Shown here: positions 19,601 to 28,159 of the stretch, piece after piece
How positions within the stretch are numbered: position 1 is the first letter of the stretch
Layout of the letters: each line of letters opens with the position of its first letter
From: a virus
Length of the DNA stretch: 64,000 nt
Reading direction: 5' to 3' (one strand)
Virus record (IMG/VR): IMGVR_UViG_3300042991_000236
Location: 2,882-66,881 of that record
Position numbers and translations under genes: made by a program
Notes under the pieces: generated by a model
The model's input: the letters and a program-made list of their open reading frames with translations, nothing else
What the model was told of the DNA's origin: nothing
The model's database searches: none

Positions 19601-21366
19601 CGCTGGGTACAGTTAATGACCTGCAGCCCGGGATTGCTTCATTTACTCAGAATATTGGTCGAGGTGCTGTAGCGTATGATATCCAAGGACAGCTGGGTAA
19701 CACAATCGATCCAGCTCAAGAAGCTGATAAGAATAATCAGATAGTTCTGGCCAGTGTGGAAGATAAAATTAAGGCAATGTTTAATCCAAGATCAGCCATG
19801 GATAAGGATAAATACAAGCACAGCAATAATCCGGAAAACTACATGGTACCGAAGTTTAATCATGTAGGTAAAATGACTGAGATGCGTTACATGATGAATG
19901 AGCATACCAAGGATACCGTCCTTGAGCAGTTTTCAGAATTCGATGCAGTACTGGCGGCCATGACCAGTCAGATAATTGATAAGGTAGTGGCACCCAAGAT
20001 AAACCAGGATCTGATTCTGGAGCTGAAGAGAATGGCAGATGATAAGGCCTTTGGTTTAAAAGCTCAGAGAGCTGCTTATGTAGAGATCTCTCCATGGTCG
20101 CCAGAAAAAAGATACAGAGATATCTATCATCAGCTTCCTCCCAAGGCTCGTCAGAATATTAAATCTGAGTGGGGTGAGGATAGGATGTGGGTGGCTCAGG
20201 ATGTAGTTGATCTGGCTTTTGGTCAACGTAAATACTCTCCAAGTGAGACCTTCGGTAAAACCAAACAGGAAAGAAACCTGTTTGAGAAGATATTGGTAGA
20301 AACGCTCAAATTAGCTCTAGGAACGACAAACTTTTTCAATGATACCCCGGCAGGGTCTATTGAGAATACGTCTGTCCAGGGCCGTGCTGTGCGTCGGGCT
20401 ACTGCAGTTTATTCAACTATGGCTCAATTAACCAAGATGGGTAAATCCAACATTGTTGTTAGGAACTTGCCAGTTATTGTAAATAATCATAGTAGTAATA
20501 TGATGTATCTCAAATCCAGAGGAATAACTTTGGATGAGATCTTCAGACTTAATAAAGAAGCAGCTCTTGATATTCTGCAATATCAGAAGGATAAGTCTGA
20601 ACTGGATTCCTGGATCAATAAAAGAGAACTGATAGCCAGAAAGCATTCAGTGCCTCAGGCTGAACGTAATGTCCAGATCACAAATATCAATCGTAAGATT
20701 GCGACTCTTGAGAATCAGTTGGCATTGAATAAGGTCACGGAATTGGTGAAAGCTGGAGCAGTCCCAGGTGTTGTAGATGATGTGGAAATGGGACATACCC
20801 AGTCACCACATACCTACGGCGTTGATAAATTTCTTGATGATACATTGAGTGTACTTCCGGATAAGCTTCAGAGAGCCGGCAAAGCGTTATTTATGACTAC
20901 AGATACTGAAGGCTTCAAGATGATGAACAACGCCGTTAAGCTTACTGACTTTACTGGTCGATATGTGTTATACCACCATTTGACTGGTAAGAAAGGAATG
21001 AGTAAGGATCAGGCCATCTCTGAAGTTATGGATAATTTTATAAACTTTGATCTACCTACCCATCGGATGATTGGTATGCTAAATGAGATTGGTCTGGTAA
21101 TGTTTTCCAAGTATCAGTTTCGAGTTCTCAAGCAGATAAAGAATGTATCGCTTGAGCATCCATTCTCTACGCTGGCTACCTACATCATTGGTAAAGCTAT
21201 GGGTGACAATAATATTATCAATTCAATTCCATTGGTTACTAAAGATGTATTTCAGTCACTGGCTAATCCATTCTTTACAGCAGCAGGCTCTTTATCTGAT
21301 ATCGTAACAGTGGATGGTGTACAACTTGCGGGCGGTGTAATGGCTGACGCAATTACTCCGAATTAA
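13633..21366 (+). CDS. Virion-encapsidated RNA polymerase (N4 vRNAP-like): catalytic and C-terminal domains
   Basis: 2577 aa; motif A EIDGVSNG, motif B RKLSKPRTMQIVFG, motif C NNHDG; HELVH zincin-like motif; C-terminal DF.GRY.LY.HL..F.NFD. Confidence 0.9.
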   Translation: MSKLTSCIMQQSLQAQERIPKEVKIWASKEKMKEASEALEIHIQKLETIKKSVQDQYADKQDAYKTQPVENSLAASYVNRAETDPTNELNTFKVKPTFWQNQVQRFRSMTAAIAHIFSRDVVTDGEKAVLNHFMEKGGFGAKMNVAIRDIFKMKGMEAAGKASSFKYRYMDMLQYLPGHPATFNKKADRDAATEKLQKEGYLDSATRNAIAATVYEWVATDGRRSISQTEQSLGRLLSLEKDESLPRNAFELLEDAGTHAETVAKQMGRTILQRMSIAAGPKSDSLAQARMELSLGYLALAAMEEIGLIERQSIIADHTIDAKAGMNKKQLAANPIGIEALKNGHNLTKEKLFYKKDGSRPDPKGLLLIKTIRVIDTKTLKGIESVFMDGRQAFDKLFANEPQEFGVRWVAKKVKSFRIGRSNVNSNTEQTNNLNNYNSIPYQRNDGAIGFLKSMWNLIDSQKSDEEKDAMTSVFQEMFGAPAADNLLDLHKKSNEGIRRGITQDFQDILDFEIERERTGNNEFYPASDFMVQMRMIMRGEINPQNKKMHRATFAPTGFQTTFKKDPKGKLDQAFLEAVAVAFDLETGKGLLGDADAQVAALMDILSNPENKKYEAVSKAITAIQKYNVNGEMTGAMLQDIANGSSAIDNKVTGLKGLFEYARYASVKSGEEFTTDMHAEIDGVSNGIIIGIIQLLPDSADKRTVLAMAAMGGVSTSAFKESLNKLLIKNNLHDAYQRMAKEWALNIANFKHDWAVSKDKQEQVLFKQAMALGGILGEFQDKEGVINNIIRKLSKPRTMQIVFGAATKGQIKLFMSESVLHDGIYKKVEKIIERVRKVDKANPDPLLRGDFTKLMADVALLTGNKSFTLEKYFAVNSKAIILKNLQAFKLEQTDINALTEAVEATYGKAMEGAIDTIYGALIEARKPLNAVVQLAVTTYNTILKKLVDIKIQQQTDDLVVMKARVDELSKQLYDPTFTGDKEDISSRLAQYKEDMQFKEDPTVITKEDLADILKSIEHLIPKIKTPIHKAGKGNESYLPLATVGKNRAYNKQAEVEQEYNGKLSKYVGHAEGIPYLENSGVAPVITAIHMMDSMVANGLMKQNTHFLNNHDGFSHGIGDSQIIADAANTIFGQIMTDYSIAQAFADMHEELAAKSNEMMKALEVTSDELLYGTKIDPKSGLMTGGLINDNVITYELLKTAQIVTDKQRKEFIGEDFLGGAEYKKALEEFMTFVTESLGDSDVDQILAALTKNINSMAEQTARNKKEITDAVTHWGNYPYHGLGVDVTPTNTSGKVFGDIDTNTVLFNDETINEVDRLTLKERMEQGHGSSDTDVSINKDDYDPVQIIDRKNVLEVLDAIVDVDKGSPHISVQDSPSHLSHLKKILSSLVAPVMTQVELFMGEHKINNETQGMWSVSADGSKKIWIQTQQRSTLPPSGMLSHGIRMSTAEVYVHELVHHITTSGLKNYPHLQRQAEALRELAYSEFSKMYGQEAYRVFMSDPNADLTDPANEYEIKAAKARWKYVFNSKRNPDGSNNGVPEFISHGITNENFKRELAKLTVSQEIIDARKSLRTVFGRNMQETVVNIFTLVTNFIYERFNKQRHSDKVDQELENLVRAISYTESKNKTMLARAAIALEGTLTAIGLTMDEKIVGRAKKIINSTAVGKAVEAIKEFPELNNMLSYQMRIALHWYHSQQQGLIPAVWSEMQGVTERVKPLHDMIRMAKYVRDHAKNEAAATIRKDLKALFKEPLDTFTKSAITKVLLKTDVSYLVGKGLSSQVITGYVSDSSKREARIKEILKQINQDPNLQPYAHFFENAADDLGYFMINSVPKNSVDVPLMNAHNIVAIAERTYDAEHQIKSYPNAVDLVEQLATLYSLRYVKGSDRNAAVKVMTENWSAMEDILNRHNALKDRAFKDTFYGNPYEMTKGYTKQILNSRIQFEMAHVADPTNPNDPTRKMYEDAGYYMQISPLKRDPKDPVQSDIYLFKSTLGTVNDLQPGIASFTQNIGRGAVAYDIQGQLGNTIDPAQEADKNNQIVLASVEDKIKAMFNPRSAMDKDKYKHSNNPENYMVPKFNHVGKMTEMRYMMNEHTKDTVLEQFSEFDAVLAAMTSQIIDKVVAPKINQDLILELKRMADDKAFGLKAQRAAYVEISPWSPEKRYRDIYHQLPPKARQNIKSEWGEDRMWVAQDVVDLAFGQRKYSPSETFGKTKQERNLFEKILVETLKLALGTTNFFNDTPAGSIENTSVQGRAVRRATAVYSTMAQLTKMGKSNIVVRNLPVIVNNHSSNMMYLKSRGITLDEIFRLNKEAALDILQYQKDKSELDSWINKRELIARKHSVPQAERNVQITNINRKIATLENQLALNKVTELVKAGAVPGVVDDVEMGHTQSPHTYGVDKFLDDTLSVLPDKLQRAGKALFMTTDTEGFKMMNNAVKLTDFTGRYVLYHHLTGKKGMSKDQAISEVMDNFINFDLPTHRMIGMLNEIGLVMFSKYQFRVLKQIKNVSLEHPFSTLATYIIGKAMGDNNIINSIPLVTKDVFQSLANPFFTAAGSLSDIVTVDGVQLAGGVMADAITPN

Positions 21367-21376
21367 GGAAGGATAT

Positions 21377-24300
21377 ATGCCTGATAGAATAGTTGCCTTT
21401 CATTCAATGGTTTTCAGAAGGTCTTCTTATGTAATGACACCAGAAGATATTGAATGGCCTACTGGTGGCGTATATGAGTACCCAGTACCAGATAACGACT
21501 TCTGGACTCGCATACCTCTTCCAGGTGACGATCCTTTATATGTATCGATGCGTATCTTCACCAGTGATGGTTTGTTCCCTCAAGAGGATTTATGGAGTCC
21601 TCCTGTCTTATTTGTCAAGCATGGTGATAAAGGTGATACGGGTTCCAGTGGAGATGCTGGAGATGACGGTCTTCATGGATTAAATGGCGCGCCGGGTACA
21701 CCAGGTAACCCGGGTATTGACGGATCCAATGGTGTGGCTGGGGATGGTATTATATGGGCAGGTAATGCTTCTTCTCATCCAGCAAATGCTTACGAGAATG
21801 TGGCTTATTATAATACCACGGATAAGAAGAGTTATATCTATCATGATGGTGTCTGGTACCAAATGACTATTGATGGTACGGATGGTCAACAAGGAACTCA
21901 TAGTGCGATAGCAACTCTTTATAAGAAGAACACCAGCACTACAGTACCTCCTATCAGTTTCAGTGGAACTTTTACATATACCTTTGCTACAGCCCTATTA
22001 TCTGGTGGTACTTTAGAAGGTTGGACACAAACTCTTCCTGCTAGTAACCCGGGTGAGTATATATGGGCTAAGCAGGCTTCTGCTGTATCTGAATTTGCTA
22101 CAGACACTATTGAAGCTCAAGAGTTTTCTGGGGCTGTTGTAATTAGTGGTGTTGGTACTAATGGTGCAGCCGGCCTGGACGGAACCAGTGTTGTTTTTAA
22201 AGGGACAGTTGCTCTGATTGTAGATCTACCAACTACAGCCCCTGAAGGAGACCTCTACGTTGTTCTTGAAGATGGTAATGGTTATGTCAGTGATGGTGGA
22301 TCTCCAACCTCAGTATGGACTTCTGTAGGGGCAATTCAAGGTCCTCCAGGTGAACAAGGATGGTCAGTTCAGATTGTTTATCATGATGCTTCAGCAGCAG
22401 GAGCAGCTCCTACGTTACCCACTAATGCTGCAGGATCAGATAATGGTTGGTATGATGTTATAACTGCAGCAGCAAATTGGATGACTATTAAAGTTGACGA
22501 TGGCACAGGAACTGTATGGGGCGCAGCTAAAAAGGTAACCGGTGTAGATGGTCTTAATAGCGCAACTGTCAGTCTTTATCAAAAGAGTACAAATGGATCC
22601 ATACCTCCGGCATTACCCTCAGGTACATTCACTTATACATTTGCTACCAATCTACTATCCGGAGGTACTTTTAATTCTTGGGTACAATCAATACCTAGTA
22701 TGAATAAAGGTGAGTATCTTTGGACAATCCAGGCTACAGCCAGTTCTGCTACTGCCACTGATGCCATACCTTTTACAGAATTTTCTTCACCAGTCATCTC
22801 ATCAGCCAATGGTACTGATGGTTTATCAATCGTTTGGCATGGAGAAGCTGCAGCACCTGAACTAGCATGGGAAATAGCAAACCATACCTATAAAGATACC
22901 ACCAACGGTTGGGTGTATATCTATAATGGTAGCGCTTGGGAATTAATGGTTTTCGATGGAAGTGATGGTGCAGATGGCGCAGATGGCGCAGATGGCGCAC
23001 CAGGATTACCGGGAGCTGATGGAACAAATGGTGATTCTGTTGATATTGTCTTTGTAAGAAGTGCGACTACTCCTGGGATACCGACAGCTTCTGTTGGTGT
23101 ACCTTCAGCTCCTATACAATGGTATTCAACTGTAGCAGGAGCAAATACTGCCGGAGGATCCAATATACCCTTATGGAGTAGTGTTGGGTACAAACCACAA
23201 AGCACTGGTGATTACACCTGGGATGCTCCAATCCGAGTAGATGGAGATAAAGTTGCTGAAGTGACAGTATACACTCGAGGTGTTCCTTCAACGGTTCCTA
23301 CCGGAGGAACATATACGTTTGGTGCTGCTACTCCCTTAACGACATTACCTACTTCTACCGGAGCAACCTGGAGTCGTACGATTCCTACTGGTACTTTACC
23401 CGTGTATACCTCTCGAGCAGTTGTTTCAACAGTCTCTGGAAACACAGCAGCTGTACCAATCACCGGTTGGTCAACTGCAGTAATTATGGTAGAGAATGGG
23501 TCCATAGGAGCTACAGGCTTATCCGTATACATTACCTATAATGACGCATCAGCTTCCGGTTCAGCTCCTGCTTTACCTACTACCGTTGCCGGCACTAATA
23601 ACGGATGGCATACAGCAGCAACAGCAGCTTCAAACTGGATGTCCCAAAAGATAGATACCAATCCCGCTACCTCAGCAACCTGGGGAGCAGCTATTAAGAT
23701 CAAGGGTGTGGATGGAGCAACAGGGGCTACTGGAGCAACCGGATTAACCGGATCAAGTGTTTTAGTTGTGTATGCTGATGCCATAGCCCCAGCCACTCCA
23801 GCTAATAGTGCAGGAGTACCTTCAGGATGGTCTTCAATAATTCCGGGTACAGCGACATATGCTATATGGGAAACCACAGGTACAAGGGCCACTGGAGGGT
23901 CTGTATACGTTTGGACAACTCCTGTGATATCTACTGCAGGATGGAGAAAACCAGGACAGACAACAATTGATGGTAATAAGATATATACCGGTAACGCATA
24001 TGTGGATACTTTACAAATTAAAGGTAACGCCGTAACAATACCTTTAGCAGTGGAAACAACAACAAATTATACTGTGTATGTTGCGGGTGCTGGAATACCT
24101 GAACCAAATTGGATTGATGTTCCAAATGCTACTAAACAGTTGATAGTCCCAACTGGTCAAACATTTCCAATTATAATGCAATGTGCGTTTGAATTTGATT
24201 TAAACTATCCCACAGATGTAACTAGCATTTCTGGTATTCAATTTAGATTGGTATATTACAATACCGGTACGGCTGTTACTACACAAGTTGGTACTATACA

Positions 24301-24535
24301 AAGTCGGTTAGCTCAAGAATATATAACAGTAGATGGTGGTGAAGGAGGACTGACTAATGTTGGTAGAATTTATGATGCTACAAAACATGGATTGATAAAC
24401 ATACTTGGAATTAGTAGTGCTTCCTTAGCTGCAGGGACATATAATTGTAAGTTACAGAAAAAACAATATAATTCTCGTGGATATTTAACTATATTTGCGG
24501 GGTGTACACTTACAATATTAGGAGCTAAAAGATGA
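21377..24535 (+). CDS. Tail fibre / receptor-binding protein with modular repeats and collagen-like linkers
   Basis: G-x-y repeats; duplicated SGTFTYTFAT.LLSGGT modules; TTIDGNKIYTG..VDTLQIKGNAVT. Confidence 0.75.
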   Translation: MPDRIVAFHSMVFRRSSYVMTPEDIEWPTGGVYEYPVPDNDFWTRIPLPGDDPLYVSMRIFTSDGLFPQEDLWSPPVLFVKHGDKGDTGSSGDAGDDGLHGLNGAPGTPGNPGIDGSNGVAGDGIIWAGNASSHPANAYENVAYYNTTDKKSYIYHDGVWYQMTIDGTDGQQGTHSAIATLYKKNTSTTVPPISFSGTFTYTFATALLSGGTLEGWTQTLPASNPGEYIWAKQASAVSEFATDTIEAQEFSGAVVISGVGTNGAAGLDGTSVVFKGTVALIVDLPTTAPEGDLYVVLEDGNGYVSDGGSPTSVWTSVGAIQGPPGEQGWSVQIVYHDASAAGAAPTLPTNAAGSDNGWYDVITAAANWMTIKVDDGTGTVWGAAKKVTGVDGLNSATVSLYQKSTNGSIPPALPSGTFTYTFATNLLSGGTFNSWVQSIPSMNKGEYLWTIQATASSATATDAIPFTEFSSPVISSANGTDGLSIVWHGEAAAPELAWEIANHTYKDTTNGWVYIYNGSAWELMVFDGSDGADGADGADGAPGLPGADGTNGDSVDIVFVRSATTPGIPTASVGVPSAPIQWYSTVAGANTAGGSNIPLWSSVGYKPQSTGDYTWDAPIRVDGDKVAEVTVYTRGVPSTVPTGGTYTFGAATPLTTLPTSTGATWSRTIPTGTLPVYTSRAVVSTVSGNTAAVPITGWSTAVIMVENGSIGATGLSVYITYNDASASGSAPALPTTVAGTNNGWHTAATAASNWMSQKIDTNPATSATWGAAIKIKGVDGATGATGATGLTGSSVLVVYADAIAPATPANSAGVPSGWSSIIPGTATYAIWETTGTRATGGSVYVWTTPVISTAGWRKPGQTTIDGNKIYTGNAYVDTLQIKGNAVTIPLAVETTTNYTVYVAGAGIPEPNWIDVPNATKQLIVPTGQTFPIIMQCAFEFDLNYPTDVTSISGIQFRLVYYNTGTAVTTQVGTIQSRLAQEYITVDGGEGGLTNVGRIYDATKHGLINILGISSASLAAGTYNCKLQKKQYNSRGYLTIFAGCTLTILGAKR
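22964..22999 (+). repeat. 9-bp tandem repeat GATGG(T/C)GCA x4 encoding (DGA)n
   Basis: Read directly from sequence. Confidence 0.85.
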
Positions 24536-25062
24536 GAGTAGTTATATATCGATTAAATGATGGAAGTATACTTAGGAATGTAACAGGACCTATTGATCAA
24601 ATTATTGATGAATGTCTAGAAGGCGAAGAGTATTATATAAATTGTCCTATAGGGACTACTCATATTATTAATAATGAACCTGTAACAATTATACCACCCC
24701 CACCTGAACCCATAGTACCAACTTTATTAGAAGTGAAAACTAAGAAATACTATGAGATGAAGACAGCAAGAGATATTGCTGAACTCCAAGGTTTCACTTA
24801 TTTAGGAAAAACTTTTGATAGCGACGTAAAGGCTATGAAGCGTATCACAACTGCAGTGCAAGCAGCTCAAGCTTATCCAGCATTTTCTGTTGAATGGGCA
24901 TGTTCAGATAATACGACCATCACTTTGGATGCTGCTCAAATGATTGCTATGCCAATATATATTGCTGCAACTGGTGATGCTATTCATACGAAATATAAAG
25001 GGCTTAAGGAGCAAATTGCAGCTGCTACTACAGTAGAGGAAGTTGAAGCTATTGTTTGGTAG
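24532..25062 (+). CDS. DUF4376-like tail fibre assembly protein
   Basis: FTYLGKTFDSD..W.CSDN..LDAAQM..IAAATTVEEVEAIVW; ATGA overlap with fibre gene. Confidence 0.75.
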   Translation: MRVVIYRLNDGSILRNVTGPIDQIIDECLEGEEYYINCPIGTTHIINNEPVTIIPPPPEPIVPTLLEVKTKKYYEMKTARDIAELQGFTYLGKTFDSDVKAMKRITTAVQAAQAYPAFSVEWACSDNTTITLDAAQMIAMPIYIAATGDAIHTKYKGLKEQIAAATTVEEVEAIVW

Positions 25063-25081
25063 GATTGGATAAAGCAGAAAG

Positions 25082-25113
25082 GAAAAGCCCCTTATTCAGG
25101 GGCTTTCTTATTT
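25082..25113. terminator. Bidirectional intrinsic terminator between converging late and middle blocks
   Basis: AAAGCCCC-TTATTCA-GGGGCTTT with A/T tracts on both sides. Confidence 0.75.
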
Positions 25114-25213
25114 GTGAGGAGTTCTTTCATAGGTTGTTTACAGATAGCACACAGAGGTACTTCTGATTTGGCAAGTAATACCATCTTCGGGTAACATTGG
25201 CAGACGTAGTCTT

Positions 25214-25846
25214 TCATAGCAGATCATCGAAAATAATGGGGATACGGGTTGACATATCCTTGAGTAAGGGGATAGCCACCTCTCTCATCTGAGGATGCGC
25301 TGCAGGGGCAGTACGGAGCTTGAAGAAGTGTCTCCATTCTCGTAGGTTTGCAGTCATGACTATCTCAGTCTTGAGGGAGTTTGGAAGTACCGATCGAGCT
25401 TGCTCAGGTTTCCAGCCCATAGCTCTGAGTTCTTTATAAGATTGTTCGGATGCCCACATAGCAGATAACCAAGGCTCTCTATTGATGAACTTGGCCCAGT
25501 GTTCATCATACATTCCTGGTTCAACTTCAACCCATGGTGGAATAATAAATGCTATATGACCACCGGTATAATCACAGTATCTGGTCGACTCCTGAGAGTA
25601 GGATGCAATACGATGACGTACGATCTCATGACTTATGCCACGGTCACAGATGAATCGGACAGAAGCCGATGCATGTTCCAATACGGACTCATGACCACGT
25701 TTCAGAATCATCTTCGCAAAGTCAGCTTTTGATTCTTCAGTAATTTTGGCTTCGCTTTTATAACAGCATCTACCACTTAGTTCTATAAGGTTAAGTGGAT
25801 CTGAAGTTATTTGTAAAATAGTGGATGACGCTTTTATTAATATCAT
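25214..25846 (-). CDS. thyX: Flavin-dependent thymidylate synthase
   Basis: GHESVLEH, RGISHEIVRHRIASYSQESTRY, ARSVLP, NLREWRHF. Confidence 0.95.
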   Translation of the reverse strand: MILIKASSTILQITSDPLNLIELSGRCCYKSEAKITEESKADFAKMILKRGHESVLEHASASVRFICDRGISHEIVRHRIASYSQESTRYCDYTGGHIAFIIPPWVEVEPGMYDEHWAKFINREPWLSAMWASEQSYKELRAMGWKPEQARSVLPNSLKTEIVMTANLREWRHFFKLRTAPAAHPQMREVAIPLLKDMSTRIPIIFDDLL

Positions 25847-26364
25847 AAACCCTCCGTTATATGCTTCCATGTATTACCAATAACAGCCTCTGTTATAGTC
25901 CAACGGCTAACATTAAATAAACTAGCTATCTTTGGATGGCTGAGTCCTTCTTTACTTAATTTTCTAGCAAGAATAACATTTTCATTTGTTAAAATTGCGG
26001 AATGGTTTCTTTCTCCTACTTGTGCATCTCGCTCTTTAGTAAGCATATCTTGCATATTATCACGTTGGGTACCCAAAAAAAGATGATCTGGGTTCACGCA
26101 CATCGTAACATCACATTTGTGACAAACTTGTAAGCCTGTTGGTATCTCACCTTTAAAAATTAAGTAAGAAGCTCTATGTGCCCATTCTGGGTAACCATTA
26201 AAACTGAACTGACCATAAATAAAACCACTACCAGCTTTTCTAGTAGACGCTTGCCATATCCAACAATCGTTCGCATTTTTTAAAACTTTTTGTAAAAAGC
26301 GGTCTTCAACAGATTTCTTTTTGTAGACCATCTGTGTTGTCTGAATATGTTGTTTTTTAGGCAT
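25843..26364 (-). CDS. HNH homing endonuclease (free-standing)
   Basis: AHRASY..VCHKCD..CVNPDHL..GT..DNM.D plus C-terminal HTH. Confidence 0.9.
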   Translation of the reverse strand: MPKKQHIQTTQMVYKKKSVEDRFLQKVLKNANDCWIWQASTRKAGSGFIYGQFSFNGYPEWAHRASYLIFKGEIPTGLQVCHKCDVTMCVNPDHLFLGTQRDNMQDMLTKERDAQVGERNHSAILTNENVILARKLSKEGLSHPKIASLFNVSRWTITEAVIGNTWKHITEGL

Positions 26365-26439
26365 GAGCGTGTCCTTTAAAGTTTTAATTATAATGACACA
26401 TTTGTAGCAACAAGTAAAGAGATTTATAGCAAGGTAGGT

Positions 26440-26754
26440 TTAACCAGTAGCATGGAAATTCTCCTCTTGTAGCTCTTTCCATAATAGAAAGACTACATTG
26501 CATAATGCGTGGCTAAGATGGCTATGACCACTTTCGGGATCTAATAGCTCACCTTGACGATATCTGGATAGATGTCGCAGTAAAGCGGCAAAATACCGAT
26601 TTTTCATATCTGGGACTGTTTCCCATCCAGAAGGTTTACCGTATTTCTGGCAACCATACGTAAGTATTTTAGCCAGTTCATCCATACATTCAAATGGGAT
26701 GAGATCATACTGTAGTTTACCTTCATCAAATTTTTGACCTTTAGTGACTGACAT
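26440..26754 (-). CDS. dATP/dGTP diphosphohydrolase-domain protein (DUF5664-like)
   Basis: KFDEGKLQYDLIP..YG.QKYG..A..RH..D.ESG..HL.HA.CN. Confidence 0.8.
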   Translation of the reverse strand: MSVTKGQKFDEGKLQYDLIPFECMDELAKILTYGCQKYGKPSGWETVPDMKNRYFAALLRHLSRYRQGELLDPESGHSHLSHALCNVVFLLWKELQEENFHATG

Positions 26755-26933
26755 TAATCCTCCTGTTCTTTTTGTTCCCTACGATATCTCAAGATGACAT
26801 AGATTATGAACCAGGAGATAAAAATAGGAAGTACTGCCAGGATTAATGTAAAGCCGGCTACCGCCAAGCTTCCGACTAACATTAATCCCAGCAGCAGTGC
26901 CAGCGCCCTAAGTGCATCTAGCGCCTTTCTCAT
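26754..26933 (-). CDS. Small membrane protein (59 aa, not in ORF track)
   Basis: Manual translation MRKALDALRALALLLGLMLVG..; AAGGA RBS; 1-nt overlap with next gene. Confidence 0.55.
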   Translation of the reverse strand: MRKALDALRALALLLGLMLVGSLAVAGFTLILAVLPIFISWFIIYVILRYRREQKEQED

Positions 26934-26935
26934 GG

Positions 26936-27235
26936 CTAGTCCTTACCAAACAGGGGCTTCTCTTTGATGTCCTCTGTTTTGACTTCCGCGGTATCCGTAG
27001 CTACGGTCTCCTGCTGGAAAGACAAGCCAGTCGCTTCAGGAGCATCGGTGGTGATGTCAACGATGGTGTCTGCAACTGATGGTGTATTGGAGATATCGAT
27101 GGTGGCCGACATCCCGTTAGGAGCACGGCCAGCAATCAGGGATACGGTGGTGTGACCGGTGATGCTGATTCCCTGGTTACCTATGAAGGATATAATAGCC
27201 TTCTTGATTTCAACTTCGTTCAACGTGATCTGCAT
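26936..27235 (-). CDS. N4 gp46-like hypothetical protein
   Basis: MQITLNEVEI..L.AGR..G.SA.IDI..K.LFG; AGGAGG RBS; follows SSB. Confidence 0.55.
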   Translation of the reverse strand: MQITLNEVEIKKAIISFIGNQGISITGHTTVSLIAGRAPNGMSATIDISNTPSVADTIVDITTDAPEATGLSFQQETVATDTAEVKTEDIKEKPLFGKD

Positions 27236-27350
27236 GATTTCTTTCCTCCTGGTATGATGTTTCTTGGTTGGTGGTGTCATTAACTTTTTAACAACCATGG
27301 AGGCTATCTGTAATCCAAATAGCCCCCATGGACCGATAGGTGGCTTAAGC

Positions 27351-28094
27351 CTAGCCAAACAGACTGGTCTTAGGAGCTGCATCCCCTGATGCTACCGGAG
27401 CACCTTTAAGACCGGCACCTTTGACTTCGGTAGATTGATCATCAACCTGACCTTTCCACTTGGCCAGCCACTTGTCAGCAAAGTCAGCTGGGATCCCGTT
27501 CTTGATTTCAGACGAGGTCTTACGCTCAACCGGATCCAGGAACTTGTCAACCACGTTGGTTGAGTAGACTTTACCGGTAGCTTCATACTCACCAGTGGCA
27601 GCATTCTTGGCAGTCTTGTCCTGGATCTGATTGAGAACGGCGCCACAGATAGGCTTACCGACGAGGTCAACAAGCATGTCGACTTCAGTAGGCTTCTCGG
27701 TTTTGGTTTCAAAATCATACAGCTTGATGGCGCGCTTCTCACTGGAAGCTTCGAGAATGCTTTTGCCGGTGACGATCTGAGCCAGTGCATCAATCAGGCT
27801 GAAGCCCGGGAGATTGAACTGCTCTTTCTTACCGTCTTTTTCTTTCTCGTAGTAGGTTTTGTTACCCTTGGCATCACCAGAAGTGATGTACTCAGTCATC
27901 TTGATCTCACGATCTCCCTGAGTGGTAAGAACCAGGTTGACAGCCATGGCACCGGATTTTGCTTTGGTAACATAGGCATACTTGATGATAAGGTTGTAGA
28001 TGTCAGAAGCCAGAGATTCACGTTTCTGCCCTTTAACTTGATCCTTATCCGCGGTTACAGTTTTGCTGGTGTTTACTGAATCGAAAATTCCCAT
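27351..28094 (-). CDS. Single-stranded DNA-binding protein (N4 gp45-like)
   Basis: I.YAY..SGA.AV..YITSG..KG.K.YYE..LPGF; C-terminal SLFG; synteny. Confidence 0.8.
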   Translation of the reverse strand: MGIFDSVNTSKTVTADKDQVKGQKRESLASDIYNLIIKYAYVTKAKSGAMAVNLVLTTQGDREIKMTEYITSGDAKGNKTYYEKEKDGKKEQFNLPGFSLIDALAQIVTGKSILEASSEKRAIKLYDFETKTEKPTEVDMLVDLVGKPICGAVLNQIQDKTAKNAATGEYEATGKVYSTNVVDKFLDPVERKTSSEIKNGIPADFADKWLAKWKGQVDDQSTEVKGAGLKGAPVASGDAAPKTSLFG

Positions 28095-28159
28095 TTGCGT
28101 ATTACTCCTTTTGTTTGGATACCCTGCCTATAGCAGTGGTGTTGGTAAATAAATTTAAG

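Noticed and set aside
21377-25062. Diversity-generating retroelement or invertible tail fibre cassette
   Set aside because: No reverse transcriptase, adenine-specific TR/VR pair or invertase seen; repeats are diverged at the protein level
26440-26754. 2-aminoadenine (Z) or 7-deazaguanine genome system
   Set aside because: No purZ, datZ, dpdA, folE or que genes in the window; one hydrolase domain is insufficient
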